From the human T2T-CHM13v2.0 reference genome, Homo sapiens: DNA of 64,000 bases. Below the pieces are notes generated by a model. The model was not told the origin of the DNA. It ran no database searches and was given only the letters and a program-made list of their open reading frames with translations. The stretch lies in NCBI RefSeq assembly GCF_009914755.1, contig NC_060933.1; one strand, written 5' to 3'. The position numbers and the translations under genes were made by a program. The stretch's first letter is position 1. Every line of letters starts with the position of its first letter. Positions 43,791-57,196 of the stretch are shown here, in pieces.

Positions 43791-44452
43791 AATCCCGAAA
43801 AACAAGAACAACAAAATAACCAGAATACAAGAACCTTGTATATTTATTGTGCACCAGGCACATACATGCTGTGAGATCCAGAGCCATAGTTAGTACCTGG
43901 GAATAGATATGCATACATTATTAACTCACATAGTGTGAAGGGAGATTACAATTCATACTAAATTAATACAGATATTGTGTAATAATTTCAGCAAGCTTAA
44001 CTAGCTAAGTGACATATTATGGAGTTCAATTATTCATACTAATTGGTAATAAATAAATGCATTTTTAGGAATAAGCCTCCCTTGATAGATAATTTACTTT
44101 AGGACTTCTATGGTTATACATACAATATAACAGTAAGAAATGAAAAGGGTCTACTTATTGATCAGGTGAGCAGCTCACTGGAAAAGACCAATAGAACTAC
44201 TGAATATGTTGAAATTCCTTTTGAAGTAACTTAACCCATACAAAGCTGTGTTCATTATCACAGAATGTTTGTTACTCAGCTAGTAAGCAATCAAGAGAGT
44301 GAATGAATGAATGACCTAAGAGATCCCCTTGATCCCAGCTCCCCATCTTACAGATGAAGAAAGGGAGACAGTAGGTGAGGTCACACTACTCGTGGGATCT
44401 CTTCACATTTTTCTCTCTGCTCACAATTACTTTACTAAGAAAAAAAAATTCC

Positions 44453-44772
44453 GGCCAGGCGCAGTGACTCACACCTGTAATCCTAGCACTTTGGGAGGCC
44501 AAGGCAGGTGGATTACCTGAGGTCAGGAGTTCAAGAGCAGCCTGGCCAACATGGTGAAACCCCATCTCTACTAAAAATACAAAAAATTCACTGGGTGCAG
44601 TGGCGCGCACCTGTAATCCTAGCTACTTGGGAGGCTGAGGCAGAAGAATCACTTGAACCCAGGAGGTGGAGGTTGCGGTGAGCTGAGATCACGCCACTGC
44701 ACCACTGCACTCCAGCCCGGGCGACAAGAGCAAGACTCTATCTCCAAAAAAAAAAAAAAAAAAAAAAAAAAA
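44453..44772 (+). mobile_element. Full-length AluS (Sq/Sp-like) with a long poly(A) tail
   Basis: ggccaggcgcagtgactcacacctgtaatcc...gactctatctcc, followed by about A27. Confidence 0.95.
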
Positions 44773-45914
44773 GAGAGAGAAAAAATCCCAAAAAACAAGA
44801 ACAACAAAATAACCAGAATACAAGAACCTTGTGTATTTACTGTGCACCAGGCACATGCATGCTGCGTGTTCTACTTGTACCTTCTCACATACTCCTCCCA
44901 ACAACAGGGATGTTGGTTTCACCCACGTTTTACCGATGGGAACAGAAAGAATCCATCATGTTCTCAAGTTCACTATGCTAGTATGGGAGTGCTCACAGCC
45001 CAGGTCTGACTCCAGGGCCCTTTCTCTTTACCTCAAAGGTGTAAATGGCTCTGTGTCTCTGTACTTCTCCTTTTCCTTTACCTATGACCAATCAGTCTCC
45101 AAATTCTAATGGTCCACTTATCAAAACAGTGCTGTCAACCAGTTCCTTTTCTCTATTTCTTCAGTTGCCATTTTAAGAATGTATTCTTACTAGGATGTCC
45201 ATTTGAATTACAGCAACAGCCTCCTACTGACTTCTTTATGAGACACCAACAGGCAGATTTCTTTCTCCAGTCCCTTTTGGACCATATTATTTCTCAATTA
45301 AAATTCTTCCATCAGATGTAAACTCCCCATTCTTGCCCTCAGCATCCCCTATAACTTGACATAATCTTGCCAATTCTGAGGCTTTCCTCACTTCTCCCTG
45401 CATTTGGCCAGCACTGCTCCCCTCTAAGTCCTAGATAATGCAATCTCTCCCCTTTCATCTACAGAAAGCATTCTCATCTATCAAAGGCCTTTGTTTCATC
45501 CAACGTGACTTTTCCTGAGAATGCAAGTTCAGGTTGATGCAATATAACTCTTATTCAAACCCAGTGTGATATATATATATTTTTTTCTGGTTGTTTTTCC
45601 CATGGGTCAATTTTATCTCCCTATGTTGCAAGAGCTTTGAGGGGAGAGACTGTGTTTGACCTGACCATGTCTTTTTCTCTTTAGTAAGGCTTTCAGCACT
45701 GGCTATGAAGTAGTCACTGTCTTGGAAAGAAAACAGAGTTTAGAGATATCTTGGCAATCATGGGACTCTTCAAAAGAATCTGTTCCATTCTTTTGCTTTT
45801 CAAATGAGGATACAGAGACCCAGGGAAGGTGAGTGACTGGAATATCAGAGCTAGTTATTCAACAATCCTTTAATTCATTATTGAAGCTACTGTTAACACT
45901 GGTGGCTCTAGATG

Positions 45915-46055
45915 GGGCTGTTCTTCTCTAATTTTAATGTGCACAGAACTTACCTGGGGACCTTGTCAAAAATATAGGCTCTGATTCAATACATCTGGGG
46001 TAGGGCTTGGGCCTCTGCATTTCTAACCAGCTCCTCAGGTACCACATGAGCAGCA
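45915..46055. mobile_element. MER5A-like hAT-Charlie fragment
   Basis: ttttaatgtgcacagaacttacctggggaccttgtcaaaaat...tctggggtagggc...tctgcatttctaac. Confidence 0.7.
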
Positions 46056-49000
46056 AGAATGATAACTTTTCCCCAGACCAAACATCCCAAATGATGTGTT
46101 TTGTGTTTGCTATTTGGTCAAAGAAAGAGCGCTCAGTATTTTACATGGATATCCAAAGGAAGATTTAGGAAGTACTGGAAGAATTAGTAAGGCCACAATA
46201 AATATGAAAATGGAGCAATTGACAAGCTACTCAAAGTATCCTCAATTACCTAACCTCTTTTGACCAGTACTAATTCTTACACAAAGGAACATTTGGTTAA
46301 CTGTAGAACACACCTAATTATCTAGAATCATGCAAGTAGCACAAACAACGGGTGGCTCTGGCCCTTGGATGTTGCCCGTTATTTGTGATTTATTGTGCCC
46401 TTCTCTTGAGAATAAAAGATAAGATATAAATAAAGCATTTAAGTGAATTAATTTGGTACTTTTTTCATGTTTGGTTGTCACCATTTAGCAACACAGGTAC
46501 ATGTTTTTGTAGATAAGAAGATAATTAAAACCAAGGGATAAAACACTTTGAGATTATCTGAGGATTTTCATTTTCAAATGATATTCCTATGCTCATAAAG
46601 ATCAGTTCCTTTTGTAAGCTCTCCAGGTGCTTTAATACAGCAGTTAACTCATGTGCCGACTCAGCAGCTCCACGCTCATAAATGGACGTGCCCAGAGCAA
46701 TTAATCAATTCCTATTAAGTAGTCAATATGATTTGAAATTAGGAGCTATTTTGGTTGTCAAGATCAGCAATTTTGACTGTCACTTGTGAGTCTATTAATT
46801 GCAAAGGGCTCACCTTACAAATAACAAGAAGTCTTCCTAATGAGCATGCTCAGTTTTGTCCCCTGAGCATTACTCTGATGTGGTGCTCCCATTTACAGAT
46901 ATTTCAGACATAAGCAGCATGATACTTGAGTGTCAGATAGTGGCATTGCAAGTCCTTTGGCAATTTGAGCATCCTCTGTTGTTAAACAGGGGTGATCCTG
47001 ACGACCTCACAGGACACTGTGTGGATTAAATTGTGGCACATACCAGGTATGGCGGAAAAACTAATAAATGCAAATTGAATGAAGGTCACATTCACCTTAT
47101 ATATGGCCCCTGGGTATAACAGGTCCAAGTAACTTGCCTTTAGCTCTTTAGTATGCCTTTCAAAATAACTTTTTCTTTTTCACCTTGGAGTTATCTGGGG
47201 AGTGATTGGTGCAGGTGTTTATCTTTCTAAAAGCACCTGTTTGGGCTATCCAATCCTTTCTTTATCCATGGCCTTTAGTTCCCCAATTTATCATTTCAAG
47301 AGATAAACTGGGCTCGAATAAGTTACTCATGGCTGGAATTATCTATCTCTTCTCTTTCTGTCATTAGCGTCACTGCCTGGCAGCAGGAAGGCCCTGTGAT
47401 GTGCTAATGACAATCAGAATAACATCTCAAGAATGTTCTGTATGAACTAGAGGCTAGTTCTAGTTGAAATTGTACTTTTTGATCTACTCTTAGTTACCTT
47501 GGAGGCCAGTACATCAGCATGATTTTCATGAGAAAATGTATTTTGAGTTCCAAACAACAAATTTAGACATGACATTCTGTGAGACTATAAATAGAAAACT
47601 AGAGATTTTCTTTCATTCAAATGGCAGAGGGCATCAGTAACTAAAACTCTCAAGTTTTTGCTCTGCCTGGTGCTAAAGGTCTTTTTGCTTAGCAGGTGAC
47701 TTATTGCATTTTTTACTAAAGCCTCTCTGACTGCTTTATCATTAGAAATGTTACTATTTGCCTATCAAAGCAGAACTCAACTTTATCATGGCTTCGCTCT
47801 GCACTGATTTGGCATCACAAACAAGACAGTCCTTTCCCCTTCATCAAACCCACAGTAGGCAAAGGCTGATTGGTGGGTGGGGCAGCAGCCAAACTGCATA
47901 GAACAGACGGGCTGTTTCATTAAGAAAAAATAATAATAATCTTCCTTTGGCATTCTCAATTTGAGTTTTGGCAGAGCAATCTGCCTTTGAAAATTCATCA
48001 GTCACCTCTTTAGGGCTAAATTTTAACCCAAGTAAATTTTGCCCAGCTGTTTCAATGAAAATGTAAAGGAACTGCAGAACAATGAATCTGGCTACTCTCT
48101 CGGAAATATTAAATGACAGGTCCACCTCCTTCTACTGTAAGGCCATCTTTAATTCTTGGAAGTAATCACCTGGTTTTTGTTACGTAGTGTTCTGAAAAAT
48201 GGAACTATCATTGCTAAATCTATTCTAACAATATTTTTAATGCCTTTCTTCCAAGCCTCTAGTGGAAAATCTGCCCCATTTTCCTTTCGGTTTGAGAAAT
48301 GTAACAAGCACCATTTCATTTCCTAACTCTTTGTAGGTACCTTTAAAATGGGCACTTGTAATTAAAGCTGTGGCTGAAGAGAATATGTCGCTTGAGACTA
48401 CTAAGGCAATTTTGCTAATACCAGCTTTCCAAGTCCATGGGGCCTTGTGCTTTGCATCAAGAGTTTAATGCTTATGATGGTTTAATAGATAAAAAAATAT
48501 CCTTAGAAAATATTTAGAATCACATTAACTGTCATCAAATCCCTAGTTTGATGACCCACAAAACTCTGGAATTGGAGGTGTTATTGTAATTTATTCCATA
48601 TTGTTTTTGCAATGTCTTAATATGAGATATCAGGTACTTACAGGGGATGGATGCTGACAAGCCACAACTCAAGGTTTAGAAATAATATAAAACTCCAGTA
48701 AGCATATAAACTAGTCATAGGAGGTAGTGTATGAATTTTCTGCCAGAATTATTTAGCATAACATTTTCTAGACGCAAAGATAGGATGGTTTCTTGGATGA
48801 GAATTGGTTCTTCCTTCTCTATAGATCTATGATTAGGATCAGAAATATAACTGATAAATTCTAGTTTTATTCTCAGTTTCAGAAAAACCTTCCAAAGGTA
48901 CTGCCAGTTCAGTGGTCTTCAGATTACAAGGTAGAAACTGAAAATCAATGGAACAATTACAAAACCTCTCAAAACCTTACCGTGTATGTAAAGCTGCTTG

Positions 49001-51328
49001 GTTAGCCACAGCCTATTGATCAGCTATTTTGTTTTGTGAAGTGGGACTCATTTAATTTCCTACTTGGTGTGTGCCAATCAGTGATGATTCCCAGATAAAA
49101 TTTGCATATTGCAAAGATAGACAGTTTTTTAAATCTCAAATTCAATCCTAAAGGATATTAAGAGCATAAGCTTGTAGATGTCATGCTGCTGACAGCCTCC
49201 CCCTGCCTGTTATCTCCCCCGTAAATCCCCACATTCCCTTTCACCTCACACCCACAACGCCCAGAGAATAAGGCTTTCATCCTCTGGCAGGCTCTATATA
49301 GTTAGAGCTTTAAGTGTGAAAATGAGGGCTAGAAATAATTATCTAAATCATATGAAGATTATAATAAGGGGCTCAACCTAATTTAATAGGGAGTGTAAAT
49401 AGCAAGGGAAAACCTAAAGAGAATTATGTGGGTGACTTGAGAGGTTTAAATATAAGTCCTTAATTAGGTTACACTTATTTACCTGGCCCACAAGTCAGCT
49501 CAGCATTAATTGGAAGAGATGACTAGTAAGAAAATAAGATTCTGTCTGTAATCAAGTCCAACACTGCTTCCTTTCCTAAATAATGTAAGGTGTGAGCCCC
49601 AGATGTAGAAGAGTCTTTGAGACATGATACTATGTTGGCTGATGGGTCCATCTTCTTGTTGCTCTGTAAAGGGTCCTAGAAAGTTACCTGGATTCCATTC
49701 CAGTAAAATAATGCCTAAACCAGAGCTTTTGCCTCTTATTATCTTCTCCCTTTGTCTCTATGTTCTGACATTTATGGGGCATCTGAGTGAACTGCAGGGT
49801 CTTCTGGTTGTTCGGGAATAGCTTACCGGGGCTTGCAATTTGGTAGGATGTGGCTTGGTACTTAACAGGAAGTCAGAATCCTTCAGTTCTATCAGCTTTG
49901 AACGTCTTCTTCCTGCGTCACAATTTTTCTCTGTCAAGGGCTGGTTTCACTGTGATTTTATGGGGGCTGGTCAAGCCTGGGAACGGAGGACTGAACACTA
50001 CAAAGTACTCGAAAAGGCACAGAAAATGGTTCTGTGAACCTAGGATGTAAGTTTACGAAGACCCCTTCCTGCTCACAGCTTTTGAGTTTCATCAACCTCA
50101 TTAAACAATAGTGACTTTATAATTCTAAATTGATGTTTCCTTATCAATAGCTAGAAACATAATAATAATTAGCTTCCTTTCAATTACCCACATATATATT
50201 TCCCAACAAAACATCTAATATAGCCTGTGCTAGGTGTATACAACAGAGAAGAAACAGAACTGACAGGAGTCCTGAGGAGGCTGGGTTCAAGAACTATGTT
50301 GTTAAATAACTGTGACTCTGGGAAAATAATTTAACTTCTCTAGGCGCAGATTAGTTAGTGTTTTTTAAGCCTGACTGAACAGTAGAATAACCTGAGTAAT
50401 TTTTTAAAAACTCTGGATGCCCACGGTCTATGCCAGACCAATGAATGAGACTCTCTTGGAAGTAAACCTTGGACATAGGTATTAGTGTGCTTGTCTCAAA
50501 AGTTCGCAAGTTGTGAATCGCTGCATCCAATCTCTCAAGTGTCCTTGGTGGCTTAAGCTCTGTGACACATTGCTGTACTGCCTGCATGATAAAACAGACA
50601 CACAGAGTGCTCCTGAGCAGAGATGTGGCTCACATGGCCTGCAACATTGTAATAATGATTATGATTCTCTTTTTCTCCAACTTTATCCTCTACCCAGACT
50701 CCTGCAGAGTGTCTCATATTATGTCCAGACCACATTGGCAACACAAGGGCTTCAACTTGGCTTCAAAAGTTAATAAAAATCAATCTTCCTCTAGAGTTTT
50801 TTGACCACTTTGTTAAAAATAATTTCAACTTTCAAGTATTCTTGTTAGAGGAAGGGGACCCAAGGCATATTAAATCAGTTGGCCAATCTGACCTAAATCT
50901 TAGTGAAAAATTAACCATGCCTTCCCCATGCAAAGATTGGCACTCTTTAACAGATGGTGGTTGCTGATTTTCCCTTTCTACAAACTGTGTGCCAGTTTGT
51001 TTGAGAGGATAAGAGGTAAAGAAGGAACAGGTTGGCACAAAACAATTATCCTGCCAGATAAAATGAGACCTCCGACCTGTGGACAGCTCCACCCCTTTGC
51101 CCAGACAGAAGAATCAGAATAATTGAAGGGCAAGTTTTCAAAGTGGACAAAATGCTTATTTATGTCTGGATGAAGAGCTGGAACTTCCACTTGTTAAATA
51201 TTCGGTAGTAATAAGAAGGTAAATTGGTTCTCATTTGGCTGATTAGACTCAGAAAGAAAGAAAGGTTTACGCTCGTAGGGACAGCTCTGAGGCCATTTAG
51301 GGCAGCCATAACCTCCGAGACCTAGCCT

Positions 51329-51842
51329 CAGAGCCAGCTTTGTGGGCGTGGGACCAATATAGTCACACTATTCAGAAGGCCAGTGCTTAGGGTCCATTGC
51401 TGTGCACTTGCTATCTTAAAATTCTTAATAATTTTATCCTTGAATTTGTGTTTAGTAAATGAAGTCCAATGGGACAGTGGAGTCTTGAAGCTTCAGTTCA
51501 CAGGTGGTCCCTGGTCCTACCTCCTTGCTGCCTCTCCAGGATGGGGAAGGTCAGGGGCGGGTATGTACCTTGCAGCATTTCAGGGTAATGATAAGGGAGC
51601 AGCCTTCTCTGTCTTGGGCTGGCAAAACCATGCTGTGCTTCATGGATGACTTGGCAGAAGTTCACCTGCCTTAGATACTAGCCATGTCCCAGTGTAAAGG
51701 TGGCAATCCCATGGCAGGGGTCACCCATCCACTGAGAGTTGGGGCTGCCAGCCATCGGAAGGGAGGATTGATTTCTCTGTCCCTGCAAGGACCCTACATT
51801 TTAATTTTGTACTGGGTTCCACAAAGTATATAGCTGACCTTG
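51329..51842 (+). mobile_element. MER91-like hAT-Tip100 element
   Basis: cagagccagctttgtgggcgtg...tcttaaaattcttaataatttt...attttaattttgtactgggttccacaaagtatatagctgacc. Confidence 0.6.
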
Positions 51843-52729
51843 TTTAACCTGATCACCAGCAGACAACTCTGAGTTCCACAGAGCCATGTGGAGCCTCAGG
51901 AGGGCTGTCGAAGCCAGTGTCTATATGTGTCCCCTCTGTGGAGCACAATGGAAGATCTATCTGCTTCTTCGAGTCTTTCTTTCCACTGTGAAATATTGTA
52001 ATATACATACAGTATATATTTGCTCTGCGACATGGAGAAATTAGTTAACTATTAAGGGCTGCAGTAGGTTACTCTGTCATGTAGGAATAACAATACTGCT
52101 GTTATAAACATAAAACAAGGTATCATAGTTAAGTACTTGGCACAGTACCAGCGATGTAGTAGATGTTCCATACATTTTAGTTGCTATTATTATTGTGGTT
52201 ATCATTACTTGCTACAGATTCTGAAAGCAATTGCACAAGTATTTTAATACTAAGAAGGATACACATTTTAATAAAATCGTTTGGAGTCTCAGTCTCCAGA
52301 GTTCTTAGGGTCTGTCAAATGCACTACAATTTTCCAGCAGGAGAAAAAGTAATCACAGATAATGAGAAGGGATCTTGGTTTTGTCCCCCGTAATAGCACA
52401 CCCATGGCAGCTGTTCAATTGTTGAGGTGTAACAGTGTCTCACTTACTGTTTTGCTAGAGTGAGTGGATACAGGAGGTTGACTGAAAGTGGAAATCTAAG
52501 TACGTGATGTGGTGATCCACAGACCACAGACCTCTGTCAGTGATGGGCTGGTGTCCTGGACCCACCCTCCTGCCAGTGCCTGTCACCAATGCCATTCACT
52601 GGAACAGAGTTGATTGTGGACTTATGCAGCCTGGTACCCCTATGGAAATATTCTAACACATCTTTGGACTCCTGGGAAGTAAAGGAAGCTGTTTCACTAC
52701 TCTGTCTTTGTTACTTTTATAAGTAGCTA

Positions 52730-53240
52730 TTATTTTCATAAACATCTTGAGCACTAGCTGTATACCAGGTACTTTTAATTTTCTCTCTAATCTTCATAAA
52801 CATCAAATAAGGCAACTATGCCTGCTTTATAGATAAGAAAACTTGAGGCTCAGCTAAGTTAAATGGTTTAATCAAGACTTTCTAGTTAAACAGTGAGAGA
52901 GTGAAGGCTGAGATCCAGTTCTGTCTGACTTCAAGATCATGCATCTTAATCGCAAAGCCTCTCTTTCCGGTACAGTAAGTTAGCTCTTTGTAGGAAGAAT
53001 ACCAACAGAAAATAGTTGCTCAGCTTTAACACCAGACAAGATTCTAAGTGCTTAACATGAATTGACTCATTTAATTCTAGAGACAGCCATATGAAGGAGG
53101 AATTACTATCCTCATTTTACAAGTGAGGAAACTGAGGCAGTAGGAAGCTAAGTAAACTGTCACAAAGCCCATTAATGACAGTCAGGCTGTAAATAAAATG
53201 CAGTGTGCCTTCAGATGCTGTGGTCAACCAGTAGGCTAAG
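52730..53240 (-). mobile_element. Two adjacent MIRs (approximate ends)
   Basis: Two antisense cores: tttatagataagaaaacttgaggctcag and cattttacaagtgaggaaactgaggcag. Confidence 0.65.
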
Positions 53241-55448
53241 GGGTGAGAACTTCTGGAATAATTTTAAAACATTAACTGAAAAAGTGTAATTTGGCTTTCT
53301 AAAATAAAATATAAGATATGTGCATCCAAATGAGTGTCTTTCGAAGTATTTAGTCAAAATGTTTTTGCAATTTCTTTCAGAGACTGAAGCAAATAATAGT
53401 GATGATAGTATTAATAATATTAATAGCAGCTAGATTAATTTTATATCTATTGTGTGCTCAGCACTGTGTCAAATCCTTTACATAAGTCATCCCGTTTAAT
53501 GCTTATGACAGTAATACCAACCATTTATACAACAGAATACAATTACTGAGGCTCAGAAAATTTAAGTAATTTTCTCCATGTCATAGCATTATATGATGGT
53601 TCTGGGTTAAACTTGTGTTATCTAAATCCACAATCTACATTCTTCGCTTCTAACCTCCTAATACTGATACTTCACTACTAACACTCCATTTTTAAAAGGT
53701 ATTTTTTAACGGTAAAATCTTTATCTTCATAGAATAGACTGGACTTGTAAAAAACAGTAGAAGTTACTTGTGACTAAGCTCTAGGTTTTATGAATTTCAG
53801 GTACTTCTGATTCATTTTCCATTAAAACTATCATTTGATGAAAATACAGACTGCTTTTCTCTTGTAATCTATAAATTGTCGGGAATCACTCCCCAAAAGA
53901 CAGATGAGTGCACATTTGGACAATGGCAGCATCATGGTCATCAGAGTCTCCTAAGGTGACAACTTTGAGGGATGCTCTCACTTACAAGCCTATTGGTGCT
54001 CCATATCTGACACTAACTCTTAACAGTGGAAATGATGACCAGAGGCTTATCATATGCCTACTGGGCTAATGACACGAGGCTTGCAGGCAGTATTCAAGCA
54101 TCCTGTGAAGGCACTGGGTGTACCACTCTACAATGATTATTGCCCAGCAAGCCACATCCTCATTTACAGCACTTTTCTTACAGGGACAACTCGCATGACT
54201 TTTAACACGTGGTTTCAGAGAATCTACATTGTATGTGGGTCAATCCCATACTGTGAACAGTGACTGTACTGAATTGGGGACAGTTAATAATCTTGTGTGG
54301 GCAAATGCATCTCTTAAGTGAGTAAGGAAGTTGACAGATTTCCATTTCCCTTAGTTTTGCATAGGCCAAGACTACTTAACTCATTCTTTGTTTTCCCAAG
54401 CCTTGCTGGAGGTTGCAAATAGCACATTTTTCTTTCTAAAATATCGTTCAGAAATGGTTTTAATATACAGTTCAGAATTATATTTCATAGAAAAGAAGTG
54501 TTAAAATAGCTCAGTCAGCCATTCGTGGTAAAGAAATTACTGCAGTGGCGGGGGTGGGGGGCAGGGAAAGGGGAAGAGGAGAGAGACAGGGAAGGGAGAG
54601 GTAAGAAAAGAGAAGAAAGAGGTGGCTTTATTGCACAGTTTTAGACTGCCATTCATGTGAGGTGACTTCCCTTGTGGTCTGTAGTATGCTTCTTTTAGCA
54701 AAATTTCTTCTCCAGACTCAAAAAACTCCATGACACGCCTAAGAACAGACATCTCCTGCTCCACCCTCAGCTAGTTTTCTCTCTTATAACAGTTAGAAGC
54801 AAGCTTGTTGGACAATAGCATCTAGAATTTTCATAACACACGCTAGACAAATTCTGTCAGCTAACTAGGAAGTGGCCCATGATGAAAGGTGAAATTTAAA
54901 AGCAAAAACTCTTAGAAGTAACATTTGCATATTTCCTAAAGTCTCCCCAACTCAAAAAATGCTTTTTATGTGGAATCTTCTAATGAGAACATTATTGAGC
55001 ACAGATGCTTGGAGAAAAAGCACTTAATTTCGATGGCAATATTTCTCTTAGAACAAGGAAAGAAATAGGTGGAGTTAATCATTTCTACTTTGAATTAAGA
55101 GAAATGCTAGTTACCAACAGAATAAAACAGAAGTCTAAAGAGCAACACATTCTCACCAAAGGGATAAAAAAAGGAGTTAGAAAAATATGTCTTAATGGAT
55201 GAGACCCAGAAAATGACATAATAAACAGTGAATAACTATAGAAAGCTATTTTAAAATGATTAATAATAAGAGTCACTGTGTCTGTAATTATTTAAAAGTC
55301 ACTAATTACTTTAAAAATCCCAGGAGGAAAGTTTTCTTTTTCCTGTTTTATAGAAGAAGGGTTGAGACACACAGGGGCAGGGGACTCAGAGCAGGTCACC
55401 TCATCAGACAGTGGCAGAGTGGAGATTAGGCCCAAAGACTAAATTTCA

Positions 55449-55766
<318 letters not shown>

Positions 55767-57046
55767 TCACTATTGGGATACACACTTAAGGCAACCAGCT
55801 GGAGAAATCTATAGTCTGTGCCAACACCTGTCAGTCAATTCTCAGGAAGAATTCCACCATGTGGCTATATCAGGTATTGGTAAACTCAGGCTTTCCATGA
55901 TATACATATCTTTTCTTTTCTCCCCTCTACCCATTTTCCTTTAGCTGTATAAGTTGTAATATGTCTCCTGCCCTTCTCCGTCCACCTCTTTTGTACCTGG
56001 CATTTTGTTCAGGATTGGACATCTGCAAACAAAACTTCTCTGGATTTCTCTACTTCTCACTCAGCCCATCTATCAAATCTATCAAAGCACGAAGGTCTCT
56101 GAAGAGCTTTGAGGAGGAGAAGTTTAACATGCACATTTAAATGAGGAATCTCACTTCTTTGTGAATCACAACTGAACTTGTCTCTTCCCAATTGACATTT
56201 GCTGTCAAATATCCAATTCTGAGAATAAAAATCTGCAGGCTTAAGTGTTCTTGATGAAACAATGAAAAATATTCATGAGATATTTGAAAACTTAAACTTT
56301 GCTCTATCATGAAAATGTCCTTCATACATTACTATTACTACCTTTATGACTATTAGTCATAATAGTTACAATATGTAGCTGCCATTTATTAAAAACTAAC
56401 AATTTAGCATCCATTGTATAGATGAAATATTGTAGTTTTGAAGGTTAGGTAATTTGCGCAAGGTTACACGGATAGTCTCTAAGACTCTGTAGTCTATATT
56501 TTAAACTGATCTGTTGAATTGCCCATTCATAAGGGCATTTCAGACATATATATGCTACTTTATCCCAAATGCTTCTTATCTTATATATTGTTGATCCTAA
56601 GGAAGGTAAGTAGGGTGCTAACAAAGTGCTTAAATGGGAATCTGAAGGTATACAGTTTAGTTAGGAATCTGCTAGGAGTCTTTTATTTAAGTGTCTCCTT
56701 TTTTCCTATTGCAGAACGTGTTGGTACTAACTAAGCATTTGGAGGAGGTACTTAAAAGGAAAAACCAATAACCATAACAAAAAACATAATCCACTGTTAT
56801 ATACAGTGATTAATTCCTTCCACAATGGTATATATGTTTTTCTTTATCGGCTCTTAGAGTAAGAATTAATTGTAGAAATGACATATTATATAGTGTGTAT
56901 AAATAAGATTGCCTCAAAGATGTCCAGAAACAATATAAAAGATATTTAATTTGACAGTGTTTCCCTTGTAACAGGTCATGATTACTCTTGCAGGTTTTTT
57001 GTATAATTACTACTTCATGTTCTCAACATTATAGACAGCAAGATTA

Positions 57047-57196
<150 letters not shown>

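Noticed and set aside
49827-50039. Possible cryptic TRPM3 exon ending at a strong donor CCG|gtaagc
   Set aside because: The candidate acceptors are weak or ambiguous and there is no TRPM-like peptide. Cannot be supported without RNA-seq.
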